From positions 128,001 through 192,000 of the forward strand of contig CBDANF010000003.1 of the NCBI GenBank assembly GCA_965197475.1: a stretch of 64,000 nucleotides of DNA, read 5' to 3'. A program made the position numbers and the translations under genes. Every line of letters starts with the position of its first letter. The stretch's first letter is position 1. The DNA comes from Candidatus Poribacteria bacterium (GTDB lineage Bacteria; Poribacteria; WGA-4E; WGA-3G). Positions 1 to 10,099 of this stretch are shown here, piece by piece. The notes below the pieces were generated by a model. The model was not told the origin of the DNA, ran no database searches, and saw only the letters and a list, made by a program, of their open reading frames with translations.

Positions 1-1520
1 ATACCCATCCGTCTTGGCATCCAACAAAAAATACAATTGTTTACGCCTCAGAACGAGAACGCAAAAATAGACTTATCTTAATTGATATTGATCAACGAAC
101 ACAACAGATACTCACAGATAGCACCTCAAATGCTATTAGTCCAATATGGATGTCTGGCGGTGAATCAGTGCTGTTTTGCGGTGATCGCACCGGAGTGTTT
201 GACGCATATAAACTCCATATCACGGACATGGAGATGACACGTCTTACGAACCTTATAACAGGTTGTTTCAACCCCAGCCTGTCGCCTGATGAAAAGAAGC
301 TTCTGTTTAGTGCATATCAAAATGGGAAATATGATATCTGTGTTATGGAATCAGAAAATATAATCAACGAGAAAGTTGAAACCCCTCCGTTAGAGACTCA
401 AGCAGTTCCTATCCTTTTAGATTCTGATATCCCTGAACCAAACTATAGGATCGCTAAACGAAAGTACAGCACAAGGTCTTCTTTCCGTTTTGACGCGATT
501 TTCCCGCAATTTAGTTACGGTGCAGATGGACTACTCCGCAGCCAAATCCAAATGAGCGCGAGCGATATGTTAGGAAATCATCGTGTCGAAGTGAGCGTAA
601 TTAATCAGTCTGGTGGATACCTCATCCCCGATTTTATTGCACAGTACGGGTTTTTGACGCATCGTGCCGATGTTGGTGCGGTGGTTTACAACTACCATCA
701 ATACCATATCCTCGGTTCAATCCGCAATCAACGCGGAATTTTACAACGCGTTACAGGGGCAGGCGGCTTCCTGAGTTATCCTTTTGATCGGTATCACCGA
801 TTAGACCTTCAACTTTCAATGTATTCAACGCCATTTTCCTATAATTTTCAGACAAGCGAGCCTTTTAACTACAATGATCGTGGGTTTCTTTCTCTCGGTT
901 CCATCGCTTTTGTCGGTGATAACACAATGTGGCGAGAGTGGGATCCATATAGAGGGACGCGTTACCGTTTTGAAATTGAGCGTTCATTCCCGGCTCTTGG
1001 AAGCCAATTAGCTCTTACAAATGCCATCTTCGATTTCCGTAATTATTTCGGCTTAGGAAGACGCACCACTATTGCCACCCGGCTGTTACTTGGTGGTAGT
1101 TTTGGTATTGACAAGTCCCTCTTTTATCTCGGTGGAATTGATACACTTCGCGGTTATAATTACGAAGACCTTGTTGGGTCTCGTATCGGACTGTTCAACG
1201 TTGAGCTACGCATCCCTTTCATAGATGTTCTGTATTTCGGATGGCCAATCCGTTGGTCAATCGGTGGCATTGGTGGCATCCTTTTTGCAGATTTTGGCGG
1301 CATTTGGAACGATCAGATATACGGTCCCGATAACCCTTTCCAGACACTTCGGCGCGATGGCAACCGCATCCGCCTTGTAGATGTAAAAGGATCAGTAGGT
1401 GTTGGACTCAGATTACGGCTCGGCCTGTTCTCTTTAGATTTTGCCGCTGCACGCCACACTGATTTAGCAAGCATCAAACCAGGATTCAAATATCACTTTG
1501 GTTTAGGACAAGCGTTTTAG
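1..1520 (+). CDS. TolB/WD40-like repeat protein fused to a C-terminal BamA/Omp85 beta-barrel (5' partial)
   Basis: The frame is open from the window start (THPSWHP..., FNPSLSPDEKKLLFS TolB repeats). It contains the Omp85 motif FYLGGIDTLRGY and ends with a terminal beta-signal FGLGQAF. Confidence 0.85.
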   Translation, partial: THPSWHPTKNTIVYASERERKNRLILIDIDQRTQQILTDSTSNAISPIWMSGGESVLFCGDRTGVFDAYKLHITDMEMTRLTNLITGCFNPSLSPDEKKLLFSAYQNGKYDICVMESENIINEKVETPPLETQAVPILLDSDIPEPNYRIAKRKYSTRSSFRFDAIFPQFSYGADGLLRSQIQMSASDMLGNHRVEVSVINQSGGYLIPDFIAQYGFLTHRADVGAVVYNYHQYHILGSIRNQRGILQRVTGAGGFLSYPFDRYHRLDLQLSMYSTPFSYNFQTSEPFNYNDRGFLSLGSIAFVGDNTMWREWDPYRGTRYRFEIERSFPALGSQLALTNAIFDFRNYFGLGRRTTIATRLLLGGSFGIDKSLFYLGGIDTLRGYNYEDLVGSRIGLFNVELRIPFIDVLYFGWPIRWSIGGIGGILFADFGGIWNDQIYGPDNPFQTLRRDGNRIRLVDVKGSVGVGLRLRLGLFSLDFAAARHTDLASIKPGFKYHFGLGQAF

Positions 1521-1606
1521 TTGGCTTATTTCGATTATGCTTGTTAGGTCTAAACAGAATATAGGAGATACGTCTTAAAAAGACATAATCCAGACAAGGA
1601 GAAAAA

Positions 1607-4600
1607 ATGGAATCACGGATCAAACGTTTAATTATTACCATAGTAATTTTAGGAGTTCTCGGTGGCATTTTTGCTGCTTGGGTCAACATATACCCCGATT
1701 TTTTATGGTTTGGGATGGTGAAATATCTCAACGTTTACACCAAAATTCTTACAACGAAAATCATGGTTGGTGTAATCGTTGGCGTTGTTTACCTCACAAT
1801 CCTCTTGGCAAATATCTTCATAATCTATCGGTTCACACCAGCACATCTCAGTCCCGCCTTCATGGGAGGCACTGATTTCACTGGTGGACAAACCAATACC
1901 CGAAAGATGATTTACGGAGGACTCACCCTGCTCGCAGTCCTCTTTAGCATTTTAATGGGTTATTCTGCAACTGATCGATGGGAAATCTATCTGCGATATA
2001 CCCACGCTGATGAATTGAACTTCCGATCTGCTACACCTATTGTTGTAGAAAACAGCATTAATTCAACCGAAATTCCTGTCTCTACGTTAGAATTAACAGC
2101 GAAAAAAATTCGAGCCGGTGATGAGATAAACGTTTACGTTGATGGAAACGAGCAAATCGCAAAAGTTGAAGATATATTAACCGAAGGAGGATCTCAAAAC
2201 GGTCTACGTTTGAACACAACGGTTCAGATAGAGTCCGGACAAAGAGCGTATTTCACCTCCCTTGCACGAGACCCAATTTTTGATAAGGATGTGTCCTATT
2301 ACATTTTCAAAATGCCGATGTTGCGCTATATATGCGGCACGTTCTTCGGTATTTTCTTGCTGGTTACAATCTTCGCAACTATCATCTACTTTTTCCACGG
2401 ATTGATAACGGGTGACACAAACCAACTTCACTTTCAACCCCCTTTCCGGGTGAAAGCGCACCTATTCTCTCTCGTAGGGTTGACCCTTCTCTTTCGCGCT
2501 TGGAATTACCGCTTTGCCATGTTTGACCTGCTTTATGCAACAAACGATGTTGTCCGGGGCGGTGGTGGATACGCCGCAATGAAGGCACGTCTCCCTATCC
2601 TATGGATTTTGCTGGGACTCACCGCTTTGTGTGCTATTATCTTCATCGTTAGCATCTTTTTGCGGCGCCACGTGTTCGCTTTTGGTGCGTTCGCTGTGTT
2701 CATAATTGCCGGATTTGTCGGGCAATTGTACCCTCAAATAATACAAAGATGGCGGGTTGAACCGAGAAAACAGGTTTTAGAGGCAGATTATATCAACTAC
2801 AACATCAAAGCGACACTTCAAGCTTACGGTTTAGCTGAAAATAAGGTAATGGAAGAGGAATACCCTCTGAAAGAAGAAATCAGTTACGATGACATCACGA
2901 GTCAAGAAAACGCGCCTGTTTTCAATAACATACGTCTCTGGGATTGGCGACCCTTACGGAGAACATTCCGCCAACTACAAGAATTACGATCACAATACGA
3001 CTTTTTCGATGTTGATATTGATCGGTATATCGTTAATGATGAAATCAGACAAGTAATGCTATCCGGACGGGAACTTAATATCAATGAGCTCCCTGCAGAA
3101 ATCAGGAATGATTGGTATAAGCAAACCTATGTCTATACTCACGGATACGGTGCTGTTGCTAGTCCTGTGAATGAAATTGATAAAGGTAAACCAAACATGT
3201 ACATGCAGGAGCTGTCCCCCATTCAATACCAAGAACAGTGGCCACACCGGTTTAGCGAAACACCAGGACCCCGTATCTATTACGGAGAGCGTACTGATCG
3301 ATATGTCATTGTACACCCTGATCGGACACAAGCTCTTGAATTTGATTATCCAATAGAAGGGCAACAATACGCTGAATATGCCTATCAGGGAGAAGGGGGC
3401 GTACTATTAAACTCATTTTGGCGAAAATTAGTGTATATGCTCAAATATGATAACCAGATTAACTTCATCTTGCCCGGTGAAATTTCATCTACAAGTAAGA
3501 TACTCTACGATCGAAATATCAAAAGACGTATTCAAAAAATCGCTCCTTTTTTGCGATACGACGGCGATCCCTACATCGTGCTCCATAACGGCCGGCTGGT
3601 TTGGCTGATTGATGCTTATACCATTACTCATCGCTATCCATATTCTGTCTCTATGAAAGAATTCGTTGGAGATAGAAGAAGACAGATTTCAAGTACACAA
3701 CGAGATGGTGAACCGTGGGGTAATTACATCCGAAATTCTGTTAAAGTCCTCGTCGACGCTTACGATGGCACCGTCGATTTCTACATTGTGGAACGGGAGA
3801 AAGACCCAATTGCAGAATGTTATCGAAAAATATTCCCAGACCTATTCAAACCTTTTGAGGATATGCCCACTGAACTAAAAACGCATATACGTTATCCAAC
3901 ATCAATGTTCCTCATCCAAGCGCGAGTCTATCAAGATTATCACATGAAAGACCCAATAACCTTTTATGCTGGCGAAGATAAATGGGAAATTGGTATGGAA
4001 CTTTATGACAACACAGATGCGCAAACGCGGCAAACACCGACTGCACAGCAAAGACCATCTTTTGTACCACAACAGCAGACAGTCCAAAGCTCCGGGGGAA
4101 ATGGACAACCAGTTGAACCATACTATGTCGTTATCAGGTTACCGGGACAGGAAAAAGCCGAATTCATATTGATGTTGCCCTTTACACCACTCAACAAACC
4201 GAATCTCACTGCTTGGCTCTCCGCACGATGTGATCTACCGCAATATGGGCAGCTTCTTGTCTACCGCTTCCCGAAAGGAAAACAGGTAGCAGGTCCAATG
4301 CAGGTGGAAAACTTTATCAGCCAAGAACCGGAGATTTCACAACAGATAAGCCTCTGGAATACGCAAGGTTCTCGTGTCTTACGAGGGAATCTGTTGATCC
4401 TCCCAATGAACAACTCCCTGCTTTATGTTGAACCGATCTACATCCAGTCTGAAGATGAAAAAACCGCAATTCCTGAATTGCGACGTGTCGTCATCGGGTA
4501 TGAGAATCAGGTCGTTTGGGGTGAAAGCCTCAACGAAGCACTCATCAAGATGTTCGGAAAAAGCACAGGACTACAAGAATCGTCTACAGTGACCACATCT

Positions 4601-4777
4601 GAGGCAACTGAAATTTCTGCGGGGGATACATCGTTGCGTGCCCTAATTGAACAAGCAAATAGCTACTATAATGGTGCGCAAAACGCACAACGTAACGGCA
4701 ACTGGACAGAATACGGACGCAATATTGAACTCTTAGAAAAAGCATTGAAACAACTTGAAGAAAACACTCAAGAGTAA
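1607..4777 (+). CDS. UPF0182 family membrane protein
   Basis: Motifs DFLWF, DPIFDKDVSYYIF, NIRLWDWRPL, YTHGYG and NYIRNSVKVLVDAYDG; RBS AAGGAG. Confidence 0.93.
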   Translation: MESRIKRLIITIVILGVLGGIFAAWVNIYPDFLWFGMVKYLNVYTKILTTKIMVGVIVGVVYLTILLANIFIIYRFTPAHLSPAFMGGTDFTGGQTNTRKMIYGGLTLLAVLFSILMGYSATDRWEIYLRYTHADELNFRSATPIVVENSINSTEIPVSTLELTAKKIRAGDEINVYVDGNEQIAKVEDILTEGGSQNGLRLNTTVQIESGQRAYFTSLARDPIFDKDVSYYIFKMPMLRYICGTFFGIFLLVTIFATIIYFFHGLITGDTNQLHFQPPFRVKAHLFSLVGLTLLFRAWNYRFAMFDLLYATNDVVRGGGGYAAMKARLPILWILLGLTALCAIIFIVSIFLRRHVFAFGAFAVFIIAGFVGQLYPQIIQRWRVEPRKQVLEADYINYNIKATLQAYGLAENKVMEEEYPLKEEISYDDITSQENAPVFNNIRLWDWRPLRRTFRQLQELRSQYDFFDVDIDRYIVNDEIRQVMLSGRELNINELPAEIRNDWYKQTYVYTHGYGAVASPVNEIDKGKPNMYMQELSPIQYQEQWPHRFSETPGPRIYYGERTDRYVIVHPDRTQALEFDYPIEGQQYAEYAYQGEGGVLLNSFWRKLVYMLKYDNQINFILPGEISSTSKILYDRNIKRRIQKIAPFLRYDGDPYIVLHNGRLVWLIDAYTITHRYPYSVSMKEFVGDRRRQISSTQRDGEPWGNYIRNSVKVLVDAYDGTVDFYIVEREKDPIAECYRKIFPDLFKPFEDMPTELKTHIRYPTSMFLIQARVYQDYHMKDPITFYAGEDKWEIGMELYDNTDAQTRQTPTAQQRPSFVPQQQTVQSSGGNGQPVEPYYVVIRLPGQEKAEFILMLPFTPLNKPNLTAWLSARCDLPQYGQLLVYRFPKGKQVAGPMQVENFISQEPEISQQISLWNTQGSRVLRGNLLILPMNNSLLYVEPIYIQSEDEKTAIPELRRVVIGYENQVVWGESLNEALIKMFGKSTGLQESSTVTTSEATEISAGDTSLRALIEQANSYYNGAQNAQRNGNWTEYGRNIELLEKALKQLEENTQE

Positions 4778-4840
4778 TCAACGAATTTTCAATAAGACTT
4801 TTACAAACCGATATAATTATACAGAAGGAGGTGAAAACAG

Positions 4841-5086
4841 ATGTCTCTCGATTGGAAACCGCGTCACAGGGATATGATTATCGGCGGCATTCCTTGGTTA
4901 GCCAGAATTTCCGACAAAGCTAACGCGAAACTGCAAGGCATCATCGGTGAATACATATACCCGTGACCACAGGACAAAATGTTCCTGGAGGAACACAAGA
5001 TATCTGCTGAGGATTTTGTTGAAATGGTGAAAAACAATCCCTCAGATGACGAGATGATTGCTGCTGTGAAAAAATTAAACAGTTAA
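4841..5086 (+). CDS. DUF5069-like small protein with in-frame TGA (4964-4966); putative selenoprotein, 81 aa
   Basis: SD AGGAGGT upstream. Translation: MSLDWKPRHRDMIIGGIPWLARISDKANAKLQGIIGEYIYP(TGA)PQDKMFLEEHKISAEDFVEMVKNNPSDDEMIAAVKKLNS. Family-like sequence continues on both sides of the TGA. Confidence 0.75.
4980..4995 (+). promoter_or_regulatory. Putative bacterial SECIS hairpin
   Basis: TGTTCC-TGGA-GGAACA forms a 6-bp stem with a 4-nt loop and G at loop position 2. There are 19 nt between the UGA and the loop. Confidence 0.6.
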
Positions 5087-5150
5087 CACCGTTTTATATG
5101 CAGTGTTAGAACATTTATAGTATATTTTACAAATTCAGTACACCTTGACT

Positions 5151-5174
5151 GGCGCGCTTACAAAGCGCGCCTAC
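5151..5174 (-). repeat. GTAG-type REP (family A)
   Basis: Reverse complement GTAGGCGCGCTTTGTAAGCGCGCC is identical to 29689-29712 and similar to 57251-57273. Confidence 0.85.
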
Positions 5175-5189
5175 TTGTGAATGTCCGAG

Positions 5190-5211
5190 GCGCAATGAAT
5201 TGCGCGACTAC
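5190..5211 (-). repeat. GTAG-type REP (family B)
   Basis: Reverse complement GTAGTCGCGCAATTCATTGCGC: GTAG followed by a palindrome. Confidence 0.65.
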
Positions 5212-5250
5212 AAACGCTGCAAATCCCAAGAAAAATATTTACTTATTGCG

Positions 5251-6170
5251 ATTATATTTAGGTATACTAAAAGTGGAAAAGTTACTTTTAACGTAAATAA
5301 TGTTAGAATTCCATATTCAGAGTCTGTAATGGACTCTTCAGAAAGCCGCTACGATAAGTCATATCGTAGCAATAAAGTGTATTCAGGATATAAGCCAAAT
5401 AAATTAGGAAAACATCCTGAAGATTGGTGGACTATACAACCGCTTATGCCTTCAGATAAAAAAGAACGTACAGGTTATCCAACACAAAAGCCGATTGCCT
5501 TACTTGAACACATAGTCAATGCGTCCTCTAATCCTGATGACTTAGTGTTAGATCCGTTCTGTGGTTGTGGGACTACGTTAATGGCGGCTCAAAGGCTGAG
5601 TCGTCAATGGGTAGGCATAGACCTAACCTATCTTGCTATAGGTGCTGTGAAGCAGCAGATAGAGAAGTTGTTTCCAAGTATCCGTGATGCCATTATTATC
5701 ACTGGCACACCTGAGAACGGTTTTCAAGCGTTAGACCTTGCGCGTAGTGATCCGCAAGGATTTGAGGGGTGGAGTATCACGCATGTGCTACACTTTAGAT
5801 CTAATGTAAAGAAGGTATCCGATGGCAGTATAGACGGTATGTTACGTTTTTCGTTGGGACGTATTAAAGTAAAGGCAAGCAAGCGTATGGCAAAGCGGTA
5901 GCACAAGTGAAGGGCGGTTGGTATACACTGGGTCATGTCCGTGATTTTAGGACTGCGATGCAGAATGAAAATGCGGATATAGGTGTCTTTGTTGCGACAA
6001 CACCACCAACGCGTGAAATGGAGAGAGAAATTGCACGCGCGGGCACCTATAGTCATCCCAGTTACGAGTTTACAATTCCAAGTTTGCAACATTACCAGAT
6101 ACAGGATTATTTCAAAGGCATATTGCCAAAACTGCCTTATGCTGAAAGGAATATACTGTAAAGAAAATGC
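5251..6170 (+). pseudogene. Duplicated 3' part of the DNA methyltransferase/Mrr-like endonuclease gene (copy 1)
   Basis: Near-identical to 7904-8821. Contains GYPTQKP and DPFCGCGTT, lacks the N-terminus, and has a frameshift near 5865-5875. Confidence 0.9.
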
Positions 6171-6215
6171 GGGGATTTTTCGCCGCATATAACAAATTTC
6201 TAGGAGGATAACAAA

Positions 6216-7184
6216 ATGAAACGTATCTTTACGTTGTTTGGCGTAACGTTACTGTTCAATCTACTTCTACTTGTCATAAATGCTTGGGGAGAGCAGTATA
6301 TTGCCTTCCATTCTAATCGGACAGGGAATTTTGATATCTACATTATTGATAGAAACGGCGAGAATCTACGCAATCTGACAAATCATCCCGCCAGCGACGT
6401 TGCCCCAACTTGGGCACCGGATGGGCACTCTTTGGCTTTTCAGTCAACCCGTGATGGAAATCCGGAAATTTATATTATGGACATCAACAGTAATCAAGTA
6501 CGTCGATTGACAAACCATCCGAGATGGGATCTGACTCCTACTTGGTCACCTGATGGAAATTGGATCGCTTTCGTATCCGATAGAAATGGAACATCTCATG
6601 TCTATAAAATAGACATCAACGGCAAGAATCTACGGCAACTTACTATCGCTGGAAAGTATAATCTTCAGCCAGCGTGGCATCCAGACGGACAATCAATTTT
6701 TTTCGCGCGTCCCACTGTAGGTTTTGAAGGCCAGATTTTTAAAATGGACACAAATGGATTCGATACTAGAGGATTTATAAGTTTCCCTCAAGCGGAACCT
6801 GGATCTCCCGCTTGGGCACCTGATGGAAAACAGATTGCCTATACTAGTAATATTGGGGGACGTAGTATCTACATTGCGGATGCAAAGGGGAAAAACCCTC
6901 GACTCGTGTCACCTGTTGATAATTATTGGAGCAACGCGCCTACATGGTCCCCAGATGCTAAGTGGATTGCATATTACGCGACAATTGAATTTCCTGCGGA
7001 TAATCCGAATGCAACTGAAGATATTTATATTTGCTCTGTTAATGGGGGCAAACCGCAGCGAATCACTCAACATCTGGGAGATGATGGTTATCCCGCATGG
7101 GCCCCCGAAGGTTTTTTCTCTGTTAATCCAACAGCAAACACCCAGGCGATACTTTGGGGACAGTTGAAGCAAACTGATTTTTAA
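6216..7184 (+). CDS. Secreted TolB-like beta-propeller (PD40 repeats) with a lineage-typical C-terminal WG motif
   Basis: Signal peptide, repeated P-[TA]-W-[SA]-PDG motifs, and tail SVNPTANTQAILWGQLKQ. Confidence 0.88.
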   Translation: MKRIFTLFGVTLLFNLLLLVINAWGEQYIAFHSNRTGNFDIYIIDRNGENLRNLTNHPASDVAPTWAPDGHSLAFQSTRDGNPEIYIMDINSNQVRRLTNHPRWDLTPTWSPDGNWIAFVSDRNGTSHVYKIDINGKNLRQLTIAGKYNLQPAWHPDGQSIFFARPTVGFEGQIFKMDTNGFDTRGFISFPQAEPGSPAWAPDGKQIAYTSNIGGRSIYIADAKGKNPRLVSPVDNYWSNAPTWSPDAKWIAYYATIEFPADNPNATEDIYICSVNGGKPQRITQHLGDDGYPAWAPEGFFSVNPTANTQAILWGQLKQTDF

Positions 7185-7389
7185 TCTGATGCATCTTCAA
7201 TTTTCTCTGAAGTTTGAATATGCGATATCGGTTGAGTATGCAAGGTAGAGATATGTTCTAAATGATTCTGTTTAGACAGAACGTGATACCATGTACGTCT
7301 TTATTCTTTCCACAAACACCACCACGTTGTATAGAGAAGCACACAAAGGAGTTTATATTTGACAGAGTTGTAAAAAAGGAGATCATCAA

Positions 7390-8810
7390 ATGTTTAAGAA
7401 CAAGACTTTAATTCGTGGCGACAACTTGGAAGCGATGCGGGGTTTTCCGGAGCAATGTGTTGATTTGATTGCGACGGATCCGCCTTTTAACTCCAAGCGT
7501 GACTATTTTGTGCCGTATAAAGATGACGATGAGCATAAACCCGATGTGCTTGTGAAAGCGTTTTCTGATACTTGGAACTGGGGAGAATCCGCTGAGAACG
7601 CATATAACGAACTACTTATTGATGCGGGTGGCAAAGTTGGCGACACATTCAGTTGGTTCGCGTCAATTCCTTGATGATACGCCTATGATGGCATACCTCG
7701 TTATGATGGGCATTCGGATTGTGGAGATGCATCGTATTCTCAAGGATACCGGCAGTCTATACCTACACTGTGATCCAACCGCGAGCCATTATCTCAAAAT
7801 CATATTGGATGCTGTCTTTGGACGGGAAAACTATAGAAATGAGATTGTCTGGTGTTATAGAGGTGGTGGGGTTCCTAAAAACGATTTTGCAAAGAAACAT
7901 GATATTATATTTAGGTATACTAAAAGTGGAAAAGTTACTTTTAACGTAAATAATGTTAGAATTCCATATTCAGAGTCTGTAATGGACTCTTCAGAAAGCC
8001 GCTACGATAAGTCATATCGTAGCAATAAAGTGTATTCAGGATATAAGCCAAATAAATTAGGAAAACATCCTGAAGATTGGTGGACTATACAACCGCTTAT
8101 GCCTTCAGATAAAAAAGAACGTACAGGTTATCCAACACAAAAGCCGATTGCCTTACTTGAACACATAGTCAATGCGTCCTCTAATCCTGATGACTTAGTG
8201 TTAGATCCGTTCTGTGGTTGTGGGACTACGTTAATGGCGGCTCAAAGGCTGAGTCGTCAATGGGTAGGCATAGACCTAACCTATCTTGCTATAGGTGCTG
8301 TGAAGCAGCAGATAGAGAAGTTGTTTCCAAGTATCCGTGATGCCATTATTATCACTGGCACACCTGAGAACGGTTTTCAAGCGTTAGACCTTGCGCGTAG
8401 TGATCCGCAAGGATTTGAGGGGTGGAGTATCACGCATGTGCTACACTTTAGATCTAATGTAAAGAAGGTATCCGATGGCAGTATAGACGGCATGTTACGT
8501 TTTCCGTTGGGACGTATTAAAGTAAAGGCAAGCAAGCGTATGGCAAAGCGGTAGCACAAGTGAAGGGCGGTTGGTATACACTGGGTCATGTCCGTGATTT
8601 TAGGACTGCGATGCAGAATGAAAATGCGGATATAGGTGTCTTTGTTGCGACAACACCACCAACGCGTGAAATGGAGAGAGAAATTGCACGCGCGGGCACC
8701 TATAGTCATCCCAGTTACGAGTTTACAATTCCAAGTTTGCAACATTACCAGATACAGGATTATTTCAGGGCATATTGCCAAAACTGCCTTATGCTGAAAA
8801 GAATATACTG
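7390..8810 (+). pseudogene. Frameshifted N6-adenine DNA methyltransferase with C-terminal Mrr-like endonuclease domain
   Basis: Motifs GDNL, DLIATDPPFNS, LYLHCD, GYPTQKP, DPFCGCGT and AQVKGG. Frameshifts near 7650, 8520 and 8767. Confidence 0.88.
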
Positions 8811-8871
8811 TAAAGAAATGCAGGAAAAATTTCCGCATAAAACAAAATATTTAGAATCCCAAAACTACTTA

Positions 8872-8899
8872 TTGCGTATTTTTATACTTTCACTATAAT
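8872..8899 (+). promoter_or_regulatory. sigma70-like promoter for pheA-queG
   Basis: TTGCGT-16nt-TATAAT. Confidence 0.55.
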
Positions 8900-8981
8900 A
8901 TCCGGTGGGTTAAGTGCCTACCGGGTATACAATTACAAAAGTGCGTCTTTTACGCGCACAAGAATCCATAGACATCGCGCA

Positions 8982-10061
8982 TTGGAGATAGTTTCCTTGG
9001 AACTAAAAGAATTACGTGATCAGATCAATCGCATAGATGATCAAATTTTAACCTTTCTCCACAAACGATCAGAGGTTGCCAAGCAGGTCGGTTCCTTGAA
9101 AGCCGACACAGGTAGGGAAATCTACGCCCCTCACCGGGAGATCGAAATCCTTAAGCGGCTAATAACGCAGAATCAGGGTATATATCCTGAAGCTGCGATT
9201 AAAAAAATTTGGACTGAAATTTTTTCGGCTTCCCGCGCTTTGCAAGCACTAAATCGGATCGCCTTCCTCGGTCCATCTGGGAGTTTCGGGCATACAGCCA
9301 GCTTATCACATTTCGGTTCTTCCGCTGAAATGATACCTATCACGCCGCAGATTGATATCTTTACCGAGGTTGAAACAGGGCGTGCCGATTTTGGCGTAGT
9401 AGCTATTGAAAACTCTGTACACGGTACTGTCAGAGACGTTTTAGAACGGTTCCTCCATACACCTTTGAATATTTGTGCTGAAATTTTCCAACCTATCAGA
9501 CACCACCTCATCTCAAAGTCCCAACTCCCTGAGATTCAGCGTATCTACTCACATACACAACCCTTTGCACAATGTAGAATGTGGTTAAATAAGTTTATGA
9601 AACCCGTGGAGCAGGTTGAAGTTGTAAGCACGTCTGAAGCAGCACAACGCGCAGCAGATGAACCAAACGCCGCTGCTATCGCAAGCAAGCTTGCAAGCGA
9701 CATCTATCAAGTGCCGGTAATAGCGGATTCTATCATGGATGAGCCGAATAACACGACCCGTTTTCTTGTTATTGGTGACCAAATAGCTGGCAAAAGCGGC
9801 AATGATTGTACGTCTATCTTTTTTGCAATCAAAGACAAAGTCGGCGCATTGTACGAAATCTTGGGTGTCTTAGAAAACAACGAGCTAAACCTTAGCTATA
9901 TAGAATCACTTCCTTCCCGAACCAAACCGTGGGAATACATCTTTTTTGCCGATATTGATGGACATGTTGACGATGATAACGTTCATTCTGTTCTTGAACA
10001 CCTCAATGATTTATGTCGTGATGTCAAAATCCTCGGTTCTTACCCCCGCGGTGCCAAATAA
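8982..10061 (+). CDS. pheA: Chorismate mutase/prephenate dehydratase
   Basis: CM domain (LRDQINRIDDQIL), AFLGPSGSF, ENSVHG, NTTRF and ACT domain IESLPS. Confidence 0.95.
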   Translation: MEIVSLELKELRDQINRIDDQILTFLHKRSEVAKQVGSLKADTGREIYAPHREIEILKRLITQNQGIYPEAAIKKIWTEIFSASRALQALNRIAFLGPSGSFGHTASLSHFGSSAEMIPITPQIDIFTEVETGRADFGVVAIENSVHGTVRDVLERFLHTPLNICAEIFQPIRHHLISKSQLPEIQRIYSHTQPFAQCRMWLNKFMKPVEQVEVVSTSEAAQRAADEPNAAAIASKLASDIYQVPVIADSIMDEPNNTTRFLVIGDQIAGKSGNDCTSIFFAIKDKVGALYEILGVLENNELNLSYIESLPSRTKPWEYIFFADIDGHVDDDNVHSVLEHLNDLCRDVKILGSYPRGAK

Positions 10062-10099
10062 CATTCTCTATAGCACAAAGTTTGCACTATCTGAGAAAA

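Noticed and set aside
5200-5250. N-terminus of ORF 5200-5901 as a real gene start
   Set aside because: The start lies inside a REP and reads through the insertion junction.
5251-8821. Diversity-generating retroelement TR/VR pair
   Set aside because: Too long, very few differences, no clear adenine-specific pattern, and no reverse transcriptase in the window.
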